64,000 nt of DNA, taken from the NCBI GenBank assembly GCA_964491875.1, contig CAZBIC010000004.1, positions 132,878 to 196,877 of the forward strand, in the 5' to 3' direction. The notes under the pieces were generated by a model. It ran no database searches, was not told the DNA's origin, and saw only the letters and a program-made list of their open reading frames with translations. Below are positions 46,991 to 56,256 of the stretch, piece by piece. A program made the translations under genes and the position numbers. The stretch's first letter is position 1. Each line of letters starts with the position of its first letter. This stretch comes from an uncultured Bifidobacterium sp. GTDB lineage: Bacteria > Verrucomicrobiota > Verrucomicrobiia > Limisphaerales > JADJPG01.

Positions 46991-48577
46991 TTACTTCGCG
47001 AACTCCACGCAACGCGTCTCGCGCATCACCGTCACACGAATTTGTCCGGGATACTGGAGCTCCGACTCAATCTTGCGGGAAAGGCTGCGGGCCAGCGCGT
47101 AAGCTTGTTCGTCCGTCACATCCTCGGGCTTCACCACCACGCGTAATTCGCGGCCGGCTTGCACGGCGAAACATTTCTCGACTCCGGAGAACGACAATCC
47201 GATGCGTTCCAAATCCTCCACGCGCTTGATGTAGGTCGTCATCGTTTCCGAGCGCGCGCCAGGACGGGACGCGCTGATGGCGTCAGCCGCACTGACGAGA
47301 ATTCCCAGCGGTCCGTGATGCGGTGCTTCGTCGTGATGGGAGGCGACGGCGTTGACCACTTCCTCGGATTCACCAAGCCGTCGCAATACATCCGCGCCGA
47401 CCAATGCGTGCGGTCCTTCCACCTCGTGACTGACGGCTTTTCCGATGTCGTGCAGCAATCCGCAGCGGCGCGCCGCTGCGGCGTCGAGCCCGAGTTCGGA
47501 GGCCAGTAGGCCGGTGAGATGCGCCACCTCGATGCAGTGATCGAGGACGTTCTGGGAGAAGCTGTGGCGGAAACGGAGGCGACCGAGAAGTTTCGCGACC
47601 TCTGGATGAATCGAGGCGATGCCGGCTTTCAGGATGGCCTCGTCGCCATAGCGGGCGATGGTTTCGTCCATCTCCTGGCTGACCTTCGTAACGACTTCCT
47701 CGATGCGCGTCGGGTGAATGCGGCCGTCGAGAATCAAACGTTGCATCGATTCACGGGCGATCTCGCGTCGGACCGGATCGAAACCGGACAGCACGACGGC
47801 ATTCGGCGTGTCGTCGATCAATACCGTGACGCCAGTGGCGGCTTCGAAGGCGCGAATGTTCCGGCCTTCGCGACCGATGATGCGGCCCTTCAATTCCTCG
47901 CTCGGGAGCGCCACGGTGGCGCTGGAAATTTCGTAGGTCTGCCCGCCTGCGTAGCGTTGGATGGCGAGGCTGATGATGCGACGCGCCTTTTCTTCAGCCT
48001 TCGATTTGGCCTCGTCGAGAATGCGCCGCGTCAACTGGCTGGCGTCCTGCAACGATTCCATTTCGATCTCGCGGAGCAACTGGGTTCGCGCCTCGGCTTC
48101 GTTGAGGCGGGCGACCGCCTGAAGCTGTTCCCGGCGCTGCTTGGCGATCTCTGCGGCGGCGCACCTGAGCTTTTCCAGTTCGTCCGCCTTCACCTTGCAC
48201 GTTTCTTCCTGATCGCGAAGCCGGCGTTCCTCCTCCACGAGGCTCTGAAGCTGTTTGTTGATCAGGGACTCGCGCTCGACGAGGCGGCGTTCCGCTTCGC
48301 CGAGTTCCTGCTTGCGGGAAGTGAAGGAATTCTCGGTGTCCTGACGGATCTTCAGCGACTCCTCATTGGCCTTGAGGCGGGCTTCGCGGGTGATGGTTTC
48401 GGCCTGACGGCGTGCGTCTTCGAAGGCGGTCTTCTCCCTGAGCTCAAGCGCAGCCCGGAGATTTCGCTCCTTCCATCTCCACAGCCAGTAGCCCGTTGCC
48501 GAGCCGGCAACAAAGCACACGGGCCCCCAAACGACAGGATTTTCCAGCAAACTCATTTCAAAACCGGGCGCGGGCAC
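46991..48577 (-). CDS. rny: Ribonuclease Y
   Basis: N-terminal TM segment, coiled-coil, KH region (GRIIGREGRNIRAFE) and HD domain (LLHDIGK). Start may be 48556. Confidence 0.9.
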   Translation of the reverse strand: MPAPGFEMSLLENPVVWGPVCFVAGSATGYWLWRWKERNLRAALELREKTAFEDARRQAETITREARLKANEESLKIRQDTENSFTSRKQELGEAERRLVERESLINKQLQSLVEEERRLRDQEETCKVKADELEKLRCAAAEIAKQRREQLQAVARLNEAEARTQLLREIEMESLQDASQLTRRILDEAKSKAEEKARRIISLAIQRYAGGQTYEISSATVALPSEELKGRIIGREGRNIRAFEAATGVTVLIDDTPNAVVLSGFDPVRREIARESMQRLILDGRIHPTRIEEVVTKVSQEMDETIARYGDEAILKAGIASIHPEVAKLLGRLRFRHSFSQNVLDHCIEVAHLTGLLASELGLDAAAARRCGLLHDIGKAVSHEVEGPHALVGADVLRRLGESEEVVNAVASHHDEAPHHGPLGILVSAADAISASRPGARSETMTTYIKRVEDLERIGLSFSGVEKCFAVQAGRELRVVVKPEDVTDEQAYALARSLSRKIESELQYPGQIRVTVMRETRCVEFAK

Positions 48578-49154
48578 CTACCAATTGCCAGCGCGTCGGT
48601 GTCAGGATGCAATTCAATTGGATGTCATGAGGCTCCAGCGGGAACTCACTTTCGATCTGGCAATCAAACGCCACACCGCACTTCAGCGCTGGAACCCCGG
48701 CGAGCAGCCGGTCGTAATACCCTTTTCCCCGACCCAGCCGACCACCGTTGAGGGTGAATCCTATCCCCGGCACCAAGACCAAGTCCAGCCGCATTAAATC
48801 AAAAATGGGACAGTGAGCCTTGGGTTCCAGGATTCCGAACTGTCCGGCCTGCAAATCCCGATCCCGATCCTGCACCAGGCAGGGAACATATTGATCCGCC
48901 TCGGGCGAATGCCGGAGCAGCGCGATTTGCTTTCCTGCATCCCACGCCTGTACGAGCGATGGCCAGAGGTTGGGCTCCTGCTGCACCGGAACGAACGCGA
49001 GGATTGCGCGCGCTGACTTCCAGACGGGTTGCTCTTCCAGTCTCCTTCGAATCGCAGCGGACCCGCTCTCGTGCTCCTCCGCCGTCAGAGCCTTCAGCCG
49101 TCCGCGAATCTCCCGGCGCAGTTCGGCTTTTCGCAATCGATCTGCCTCGTTCAT
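48558..49154 (-). CDS. 5-formyltetrahydrofolate cyclo-ligase
   Basis: GIGFTLNGGRLGRGKGYYDRLL motif. ATG at 49154 (MNEADRLRKAELR). Confidence 0.8.
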   Translation of the reverse strand: MNEADRLRKAELRREIRGRLKALTAEEHESGSAAIRRRLEEQPVWKSARAILAFVPVQQEPNLWPSLVQAWDAGKQIALLRHSPEADQYVPCLVQDRDRDLQAGQFGILEPKAHCPIFDLMRLDLVLVPGIGFTLNGGRLGRGKGYYDRLLAGVPALKCGVAFDCQIESEFPLEPHDIQLNCILTPTRWQLVGARARF

Positions 49155-50563
49155 TTGCCCCCGGCTTTGCGCCGTTCTTCCATCATCAACGCCCGCCATC
49201 GCTCCACGCGTTCCTTAATCTTCTTTTCCGTGCCCTGCTCGGAAGGTTCGTAGTAACGCTTCTCTGCTCCGAGGTAATCCTGCGCCACAAAATGATCCGG
49301 ATGATCGTGAGCGTACTGATACCCGACTCCGTGCCCGAGCCGTTTTGAACCTGCGTAATGTCCGTCGCGCAAATGTTCCGGCACCGGGAGCGTCCGCCCG
49401 GATCGAACATCCTCCAGCGCGGCGTCGATCGATTTGATCACCGAGTTGCTCTTGTTCGCGGTGGCGATGTAGATGGTCGCCTCCGCGATGGGGATGCGTG
49501 CTTCCGGCCACCCGATGAACTCCGCCGCCTGATGCGCGGCGTTCGCGAGCACGAGAGCCATCGGATCCGCCAGTCCCACGTCCTCCGCCGCGTGAATGAC
49601 GATGCGGCGCGTGATGAAGCGTGGGTCTTCGCCGGCGTGAATCATCTTCGCCAGCCAGTAGAGCGCGGCGTCCGGATCGCTGCCGCGCATCGATTTGATG
49701 AAAGCCGAAATCGTGTCGTAGTGCGCGTCGCCGTCGCCATCATACACCACCGCCTTCTTCTGAATGCTCTGTTCGGCGGCGGCGAGGTCGATGTGGCGCG
49801 AACCGTCTGCTCCCGGCGATGTGGTCAGCACGGCGATTTCGAGCGCGTTCAATGTCTTGCGCGCATCGCCGTCGCCGACGCGGGCGAGGTGTTTCAAGGC
49901 ATCTTCATCCACCCGAACCTTGAGGTGTCCGAGACCGCGTTCTTCGTCAGCAATGGCGCGGCGGAGCAAGCCCAGCAAATCCTCCTCGGTGAGCGGCCGC
50001 AACTCGAAGACTTGCGAGCGGGAAACGAGCGGGGAATTGACGAAGAAAAACGGGTTGTGCGTGGTCGCGCCAATCAGCCGCACCGTGCCGGCTTCCACGT
50101 CCGGGAGCAGAACGTCCTGCTGCGATTTGCTGAAGCGATGGATCTCGTCAATGAACAGGATGGTCGGCTGGCCTGTGTTTGCAAGACGGTTGGCGGCGCC
50201 CGCCAGAACGCGGCGCATGTCGGCGACGTTGGATTCCACGCCGCTCAGGCGCTCGAACTTGTTCTTCGTGTGATGCGCGATGATTTGCGCGAGTGACGTT
50301 TTGCCCGTGCCAGGAGGTCCATAGAAAATGAGGGACTGAATACGATCGGCTTCAATCGCGCGACGTAGGAGTTGGCCGGGCGCGAGGATGTGCGATTGCC
50401 CGACGTATTCGGTGATCGACCGGGGCCGCATCCGCGCCGCCAGCGGCGCCGACGATTGCGTCGGCTCCTGCGGTGTTGGGGCAGGGGGCGCCTCCAGTGG
50501 CGGATTCGGAGCGAATAGGTCATCCCGAGACATGCCTGTGAAATATGAACCTGCGTCCGCCAA
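49151..50563 (-). CDS. rarA: Replication-associated recombination protein A (AAA ATPase RarA/MgsA)
   Basis: GPPGTGKTSLAQIIA, ILFIDEIHRF and the C-terminal MgsA region (DAALYWLAKMIHAGEDPRFI). Confidence 0.9.
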   Translation of the reverse strand: MADAGSYFTGMSRDDLFAPNPPLEAPPAPTPQEPTQSSAPLAARMRPRSITEYVGQSHILAPGQLLRRAIEADRIQSLIFYGPPGTGKTSLAQIIAHHTKNKFERLSGVESNVADMRRVLAGAANRLANTGQPTILFIDEIHRFSKSQQDVLLPDVEAGTVRLIGATTHNPFFFVNSPLVSRSQVFELRPLTEEDLLGLLRRAIADEERGLGHLKVRVDEDALKHLARVGDGDARKTLNALEIAVLTTSPGADGSRHIDLAAAEQSIQKKAVVYDGDGDAHYDTISAFIKSMRGSDPDAALYWLAKMIHAGEDPRFITRRIVIHAAEDVGLADPMALVLANAAHQAAEFIGWPEARIPIAEATIYIATANKSNSVIKSIDAALEDVRSGRTLPVPEHLRDGHYAGSKRLGHGVGYQYAHDHPDHFVAQDYLGAEKRYYEPSEQGTEKKIKERVERWRALMMEERRKAGGK

Positions 50564-50689
50564 ACCAAAATCAAAATTTGCGGCGGGCTCGAGCCCTCTT
50601 TACGAAACTTTGCCGGGCGACGGCGGTTTCACTGTGGTCGGCGGCGAAAGGATCGTCCGCCGACTCAACACCAACCCATTCCCTGATGC

Positions 50690-51028
50690 ATGAAACCAAA
50701 TCACCGACGCGCGTTCACCCTCATCGAAATCATGATCGTCGTGGCCATCATTGGCATCCTCGCCGCGATATCCATTCCCGCCATCCAGTCATCCGTCGAG
50801 AAAGCCCAGCGCCAGGCGTGCGCGATGAATCGTCGAAACATCGATTCCGCCAAGCTGCAGTGGAGCGTGGAGAACAAGCGTCCGTCCTCGGCGACGCCGT
50901 CCGATGACGAATTGTTCGGCAAGGCTGCTTACATCGAACACAAGCCCGATTGTCCGACGGGAGGCAGCTATGCGTTGAACCCGGTCGAAGAGAAATGCAC
51001 GTGCAGCGTGCCGAAGCACGGCCCGTGA
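50690..51028 (+). CDS. Prepilin-type N-terminal cleavage/methylation domain protein (pseudopilin-like)
   Basis: RRAFTLIEIMIVVAIIGILAAISIP. Confidence 0.85.
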   Translation: MKPNHRRAFTLIEIMIVVAIIGILAAISIPAIQSSVEKAQRQACAMNRRNIDSAKLQWSVENKRPSSATPSDDELFGKAAYIEHKPDCPTGGSYALNPVEEKCTCSVPKHGP

Positions 51029-51035
51029 AGCTCGT

Positions 51036-51809
51036 TCACGAAAGCTGGCGGTAGAGCTTCTTCGCGCGCTTAATCCAGACGCGATCGCGGCGGCGCTGGA
51101 AGCCCGGCGCGTGCGGGTCGTCATCAATGACTTCCTGAATCTCCGCGCGCGCCTCGGCTTTCTGGCCCTTGGCGAGGAGCAATTCCGCGAGCTGCACCTT
51201 GGCGCGCGGATACGAGTGATTGCTGGTGACCCATTGCCACGTCGAGATGGCAGCGTCTGTTTCGCCCAGGGCACCGAGCGTTTCGGCAAACGCCATCATG
51301 CTATGACCGTAGTCGTGTTTCGGATTTTCGGTGACGACCTTTTCCAACAGCGGCCGCGCTTCCTGTGGACGATTTTGCCGGAGCAAACATTGGCCGAGGT
51401 GCGCGCGGGTGTCGATGTCTTCGCCGTCGCGCTCCATGGCGGCGCGGTAACTGGCTTCCGCCTTGGCGAGCTTGCCTTGCTGGAAGTAAACGTCGCCGAG
51501 CTGCGAGTGATGGTGTGCCTTGTCGAGGTGATGGATTTGCGCCTGCAGCTCCTTGATGCGTTTGCGACTGGCGGCACCGGGCAGTTCGAACCCGCTCGTT
51601 GAGGAAGACCGGCCCCGGTAGATGAAGAAGAAATACCAGAACGCGGAGAAGCCCGGGAGGATGATGAAGAATGCGACCCACATCCATTCCTGATGGCGAA
51701 TGGCGTCGACGAGCATCCAGATCTTGAACGCGAGCAACAACAGCGCTCCTGGAGAAGACAACAGGTTCCAGAGAATGTCGCCGACCGAAGCGATGAGCGG
51801 ATTGATCAC
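51036..51809 (-). CDS. Membrane-anchored TPR-repeat protein
   Basis: Two N-terminal TM segments followed by TPR-like repeats (LGDVYFQQGKLAKAEASYRAAME...). Confidence 0.75.
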   Translation of the reverse strand: MINPLIASVGDILWNLLSSPGALLLLAFKIWMLVDAIRHQEWMWVAFFIILPGFSAFWYFFFIYRGRSSSTSGFELPGAASRKRIKELQAQIHHLDKAHHHSQLGDVYFQQGKLAKAEASYRAAMERDGEDIDTRAHLGQCLLRQNRPQEARPLLEKVVTENPKHDYGHSMMAFAETLGALGETDAAISTWQWVTSNHSYPRAKVQLAELLLAKGQKAEARAEIQEVIDDDPHAPGFQRRRDRVWIKRAKKLYRQLS

Positions 51810-51925
51810 CGGCGGAGGGTAGCGAGCGCTCCTGCCCGCGCCAACGGAGAAACCGTCGGGACCGAACGGCTTGTCTTGGGGCTTGGCAGCGGGGATCGGA
51901 GCGCTAGAGTTTCCCGGACTTCACC

Positions 51926-52651
51926 ATGAAAAAACGATTCGCGCTGACTCTTGCGACGGGCTTCGTCGCTGCCTTGCTTGCCACTCAAACTCTCCACGCT
52001 GCCGACGCGGTCAACGAGCTTTCTGCGGACGAGAAGGCGCAGGGCTGGCGGTTGCTGTTCGACGGCAAATCGCTGACCGGCTGGCATCTCTATGCGAAAA
52101 AGAGTCCGCCGGAAGCGGGTTGGAAGGTCGAGGACGGTTTGCTGAAGAAATTCGCCAAACAACGCGGCGGCGACATCGTGACCGACCAGACGTTTGGTGA
52201 TTTCGATCTGCGCTGGGAATGGCGGGTGGGGGCGGGCGGGAACAATGGCGTGAAGTATCTCGTGACGGAGCAACGCACCTCGGCGCCCGGTCATGAGTAT
52301 CAAATGATCGACGACGTGGGGCATCCCGACGGCAAGCTCGGCGCGAAGCGTCAGACGGCGGCGTTCTATGACGTCCTGCCGCCAGCGGCTGACAAGCAGC
52401 TCAAGCCAGTCGGCGAATGGAATTCATCGCGCATTCTCGTTCAGGGCAATCACGTCGAGCACTGGTTGAACGGAAAGAAGGTGCTGGAGTACGACCTTGG
52501 CAGTGACGCGGTAAAAGCGGCGGTGGCTGCCAGCAAGTTCAAGAACTCGGCGGGCTTCGGCACGAAGATCAACGGCCACATCATGCTCACCGATCACCAG
52601 GACGAATGCTGGTTCCGGAACCTCAAGATTCGCGAGTTGCCAGCCAAGTGA
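51926..52651 (+). CDS. DUF1080 (3-keto-disaccharide hydrolase-like) secreted protein
   Basis: Signal peptide, LFDGKSLTGWH...WKVEDGLL...GNNGVKY...HWLNGKKVLEY...FRNLKIREL. Confidence 0.8.
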   Translation: MKKRFALTLATGFVAALLATQTLHAADAVNELSADEKAQGWRLLFDGKSLTGWHLYAKKSPPEAGWKVEDGLLKKFAKQRGGDIVTDQTFGDFDLRWEWRVGAGGNNGVKYLVTEQRTSAPGHEYQMIDDVGHPDGKLGAKRQTAAFYDVLPPAADKQLKPVGEWNSSRILVQGNHVEHWLNGKKVLEYDLGSDAVKAAVAASKFKNSAGFGTKINGHIMLTDHQDECWFRNLKIRELPAK

Positions 52652-52764
52652 TTCGTGACCGCCGACGGTGTTTCGTTACGATGGAAGGGGTGGGTTTCCG
52701 CTGGCCGGTGGACGCCCACTTTTTTGTTCCCTTCCCGAAATCACCTGAATAACGTCACCGCCTC

Positions 52765-54516
52765 ATGCCGACTATTCCATTGGAAGACAGCTTTAGGGAC
52801 ATCGTGGGTAAAACCCAGCGCGGGCTGAAACTCTCGGACGATCAACTCGCGGCGCAGGCGGGAATTTCCGTCGCCGAACTCTCGCGCGTCAAAGGTGGCG
52901 AGGCCAACGAACCGCTGCTGCGCAAGCTCGCCGCCGTGTTGAAGCTTGGCGCGGACACGCTCGTGGATAGCGCGAACAAGGCATGGTTTCCGGAACCGGT
53001 CGCGGTCGCAGGATTGAAACAGTTCAACACCGTCTACGAGGACATGACGGTGAATTACTATCTCGCCTGGGACGCCAAATCGAAGCAGGCCGTGGTGTTC
53101 GACACTGGCGCGGACTGCGGTCCGGCGCTCCAATTCGCCAAGGCGAACGGGCTGACCATCAAACTCATTCTCATCACGCACACGCACATTGATCACATCG
53201 TCGATCTCGCGCGGCTCAAGGCGGAGACGGGCGCGCCCGCGTGGGTGGGCCAGGGCGAGAATTTCGCGGATGCGCAGCCCTTCGCAGAAGGCAAGACCTT
53301 CACCGTCGGCGCGCTGAAGATCGAAACGCGGCAGACGTCGGGTCACGCGGCGGGCGGAATCACCTTTGTCATTCGCGGACTGGAACGGCCGGTCGCGGTG
53401 GTGGGTGACGCGGTCTTCGCCGGCTCGATGGGCGGCGGGATGATTTCCTTCGCAGAAGCGCTGGAGAACAATCGGAAGAAGCTCTTCACGCTGCCGGACA
53501 ACACGGTGCTTTGCTCCGGCCACGGTCCGCTCACCACGGTGGGCGAGGAGAAGACGCACAATCCTTTTTACCCTGAATTCCAAACCTCATTAACCAAGAA
53601 AGAAAAATCTATGGCAGAACGAATCGGAGTCGTTGGCGTCGGACGCATGGGAGCGAACATGGCCCGTCGCCTCAAGGAATGCGGTTACCCGGTGACCGCG
53701 GTTTACGATGTGCGCGCGCAGTCCGCGAATGAGATCGCGAAGGAAATTGGCGCCGAAGCCTGCACTGCTCTCTCTCGCGTGACGGAGCTTTCGGATGTGA
53801 TCATCACGGTCGTCACCGACGACAAGGCGATGGACGCCATCTTCACCGGCAAGAAGGACAGCCTGCTCAAAGGCGCAAAAGGCCGCGTGTTCATCAATTG
53901 CGCGACCGTTTCGCCCAAGACGCACATTGCCGTCGAGAAGCTCGCGAAGAAAGCTGGCGCGGCGTCGCTCGAAGCCTGCATGGCATCGAGCATCAATCAG
54001 GCGCGCGCGGGCACTCTCTACTTGATGGTCGGTGGCGATGAAGCGGTCTTCAAGAAGGTGAAACCGCTGCTCACCAAGCTGAGTGACGAAGGCAAGCTGC
54101 TGCGTTACATCGGCAAAGCTGGTCAGGCGGGTGTCGTGAAGGCGCTCGTCAACATGGTGATGAACATCAACACCGCCGGTCTCGCGGAAGGCCTCGCGGT
54201 CGGCCAGGCGTATGGCATCGATTTGAAGATGCTCATGGAAGTCTTCTCGCAGACGGGCGCGAACAGCCGCGTGCTCGTCACCGACGGCGAAGACATGATG
54301 AACCGCGATCACTCCTGCTTCTTCAGCGCGAGCCACGCGGCGAAGGATTCCGGCATCGCACTCAAGCTCGGCGTTGAGAAGAAAATGAATCTCCCGCTAG
54401 GCACCGCCACCTTCAAGCAATACACCAAGATGGTGAAGGAAGGTCTCGGCGAACTCGACAAGTCCGGCATCGCGGAGCTGACCTTCAAAGGCCGTCACAA
54501 GTCCAAGAAGAAGTAA
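52765..54516 (+). CDS. In-frame fusion: HTH-like N-terminus, MBL-fold hydrolase and NAD(P)-dependent 3-hydroxyisobutyrate-dehydrogenase-like oxidoreductase
   Basis: MBL motif THTHIDH. After ...HNPFYPEFQTSLTKKEKS the frame continues MAERIGVVGVGRMGANMARRL (Rossmann GxGxxG), with no in-frame stop. Confidence 0.7.
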   Translation: MPTIPLEDSFRDIVGKTQRGLKLSDDQLAAQAGISVAELSRVKGGEANEPLLRKLAAVLKLGADTLVDSANKAWFPEPVAVAGLKQFNTVYEDMTVNYYLAWDAKSKQAVVFDTGADCGPALQFAKANGLTIKLILITHTHIDHIVDLARLKAETGAPAWVGQGENFADAQPFAEGKTFTVGALKIETRQTSGHAAGGITFVIRGLERPVAVVGDAVFAGSMGGGMISFAEALENNRKKLFTLPDNTVLCSGHGPLTTVGEEKTHNPFYPEFQTSLTKKEKSMAERIGVVGVGRMGANMARRLKECGYPVTAVYDVRAQSANEIAKEIGAEACTALSRVTELSDVIITVVTDDKAMDAIFTGKKDSLLKGAKGRVFINCATVSPKTHIAVEKLAKKAGAASLEACMASSINQARAGTLYLMVGGDEAVFKKVKPLLTKLSDEGKLLRYIGKAGQAGVVKALVNMVMNINTAGLAEGLAVGQAYGIDLKMLMEVFSQTGANSRVLVTDGEDMMNRDHSCFFSASHAAKDSGIALKLGVEKKMNLPLGTATFKQYTKMVKEGLGELDKSGIAELTFKGRHKSKKK

Positions 54517-54540
54517 GCGGCGAGCCGCATCGGCTTTCGA

Positions 54541-54579
54541 AAGGCACTGCGATCTCGGTCGCCGTGCCTTTGTGTTTTT
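54541..54579 (+). terminator. Rho-independent terminator
   Basis: AAGGCAC...GTGCCTT stem followed by TGTGTTTTT. Confidence 0.7.
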
Positions 54580-54593
54580 AGGGATGAGGACGT

Positions 54594-54708
54594 CCGCGAA
54601 ACACGCTAAACGACGCGAAAGGGGGAGGAGGACTTTGATGTTGCGGCGAGCATCATGAGAAGCTTTTCAGCCATTTACCATTTTCGCGTCGTTTAGCGTG
54701 TTTCGCGG
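54594..54708. repeat. Perfect 27-bp inverted repeat with 61-nt spacer (MITE/REP-like or structured RNA)
   Basis: CCGCGAAACACGCTAAACGACGCGAAA (54594-54620) is the exact reverse complement of 54682-54708. Confidence 0.85.
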
Positions 54709-54822
54709 GCAATCCTTCCCCTTGAAGGCCGCCCCAATTCGCCGATGTCACAGGCAAGTTTGCTGATACCTTTTTACACGAGGTTCCGTCTGAGAAAGGC
54801 AGCAAGACATGCTGTTGTGCCT

Positions 54823-56256
54823 ATGACGAACGACCCGAAATACCTCGCGGACCATTCGTTGCGGATCGAAGACCTGTTTCAGACCCGCCGCCAGTTCCTG
54901 AACCGCTTTGGCCTGGGCTTGGGCGCGCTCGGTCTGGCCACGCTGCTGGGCGAGGGTGCTGGGTTTGGCGCAGAGGCGGTCTCTGCGGACCTGTCGAACC
55001 ATCCGCTGACGCCCCAGAAAGCGCCGCTGCCGGCCAAGGCGAAGCATGTTGTTCACATCTTCGCCCAAGGTGCGCCGTCGCAGGTGGACACCTGGGATCC
55101 GAAGCCGATGCTCGCGCAGTATGACGGCAAGTCCATCGCCGGCTCGAATGGCGTTGGCTACGCGTCGCCGTTCAAGTTCGCGAAATACGGCAAGGCGGGC
55201 GTCGAGGTGAGCGAAGTGTTCGCGAAGACGGCGCAGCACGTGGACGACCTCGCGATCATCCGCTCGATGTACACGGACATCCCGTCGCACGACGTTGCGA
55301 CGGTCTTCATGAACACCGGTTCGCTACGACTCTCGAAGCCGAGCCTCGGTGCGTGGACGCTCTACGGCCTCGGCACGGAGAACCAGAACATGCCGGGTTT
55401 CATCTCGCTGCGACCGGGCAATGTGCCGCCGGGCGGTGCGTCGAACTGGCAGGCCGCGTTTCTGCCAGGCATCTATCAGGGCACGAGCGTGAACACGAAG
55501 TCGCCGAACGTGGACCAGATGCTGGAGAACATCCGCAATCCGTTCCTCGGCCCGAAGGAGCAGCGGCATCAGCTCGACCTCGTCGCGAAGCTGAACGCGA
55601 TGCACAGTCAGAATCTCCAGAAGGAAGCGCAACTCGAAGCGCGCATCGAGGCGTTCGAGATGGCGTATCGCATGCAGATGGAAGCGACTGATGCGTTCGA
55701 TATCAGCAAGGAGCCGCAAAGCATTCGCGAGATGTACGGAAACTCGCCGCAAGGTCGCCAGTTACTGATCGCGCGGCGGCTCATCGAGCGCGGCGTGCGC
55801 TTTGTGCAGGTTTGGGCCGGTGGCTGGGATCATCACCAGGACCTGGCGGATCGCCTGCGCCAGAGCGCGTCGGAGATTGACGGACCTTGCGCGGCATTCC
55901 TCACGGATTTGAAACAGCGTGGGCTGCTCGACAGCACGCTGGTGATGTGGGGCGGCGAGTTCGGTCGCAAGCCAGTGCGCGATCGCAATGGCGGCGAGAA
56001 TCCGGGCCGTGACCACAACAACAAGGCGTTCACGACTTGGCTCGCTGGCGGCGGCGTGAAAGGTGGGACGGTTTACGGCGCGACGGACGAGTTCGGCGGC
56101 GCGGCGGTCGAGAACAAGGTGCATGTCCACGATCTGCACGCGACGATTCTGCGCCTGCTGGGTTTCGATCATGAAAAGCTGACGTATCGCTACAACGGTC
56201 GGGATTTCCGGCTGACCGATGTTTACGGGAACGTGGTCAAAGGGGTGATCGCGTGA
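54823..56256 (+). CDS. DUF1501 (sulfatase-like) protein with Tat-type signal
   Basis: TRRQFLNRFGLGLGALGLA twin-arginine motif. C-terminal GGEFGR...RDHN. ATG at 54823. Confidence 0.85.
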   Translation: MTNDPKYLADHSLRIEDLFQTRRQFLNRFGLGLGALGLATLLGEGAGFGAEAVSADLSNHPLTPQKAPLPAKAKHVVHIFAQGAPSQVDTWDPKPMLAQYDGKSIAGSNGVGYASPFKFAKYGKAGVEVSEVFAKTAQHVDDLAIIRSMYTDIPSHDVATVFMNTGSLRLSKPSLGAWTLYGLGTENQNMPGFISLRPGNVPPGGASNWQAAFLPGIYQGTSVNTKSPNVDQMLENIRNPFLGPKEQRHQLDLVAKLNAMHSQNLQKEAQLEARIEAFEMAYRMQMEATDAFDISKEPQSIREMYGNSPQGRQLLIARRLIERGVRFVQVWAGGWDHHQDLADRLRQSASEIDGPCAAFLTDLKQRGLLDSTLVMWGGEFGRKPVRDRNGGENPGRDHNNKAFTTWLAGGGVKGGTVYGATDEFGGAAVENKVHVHDLHATILRLLGFDHEKLTYRYNGRDFRLTDVYGNVVKGVIA

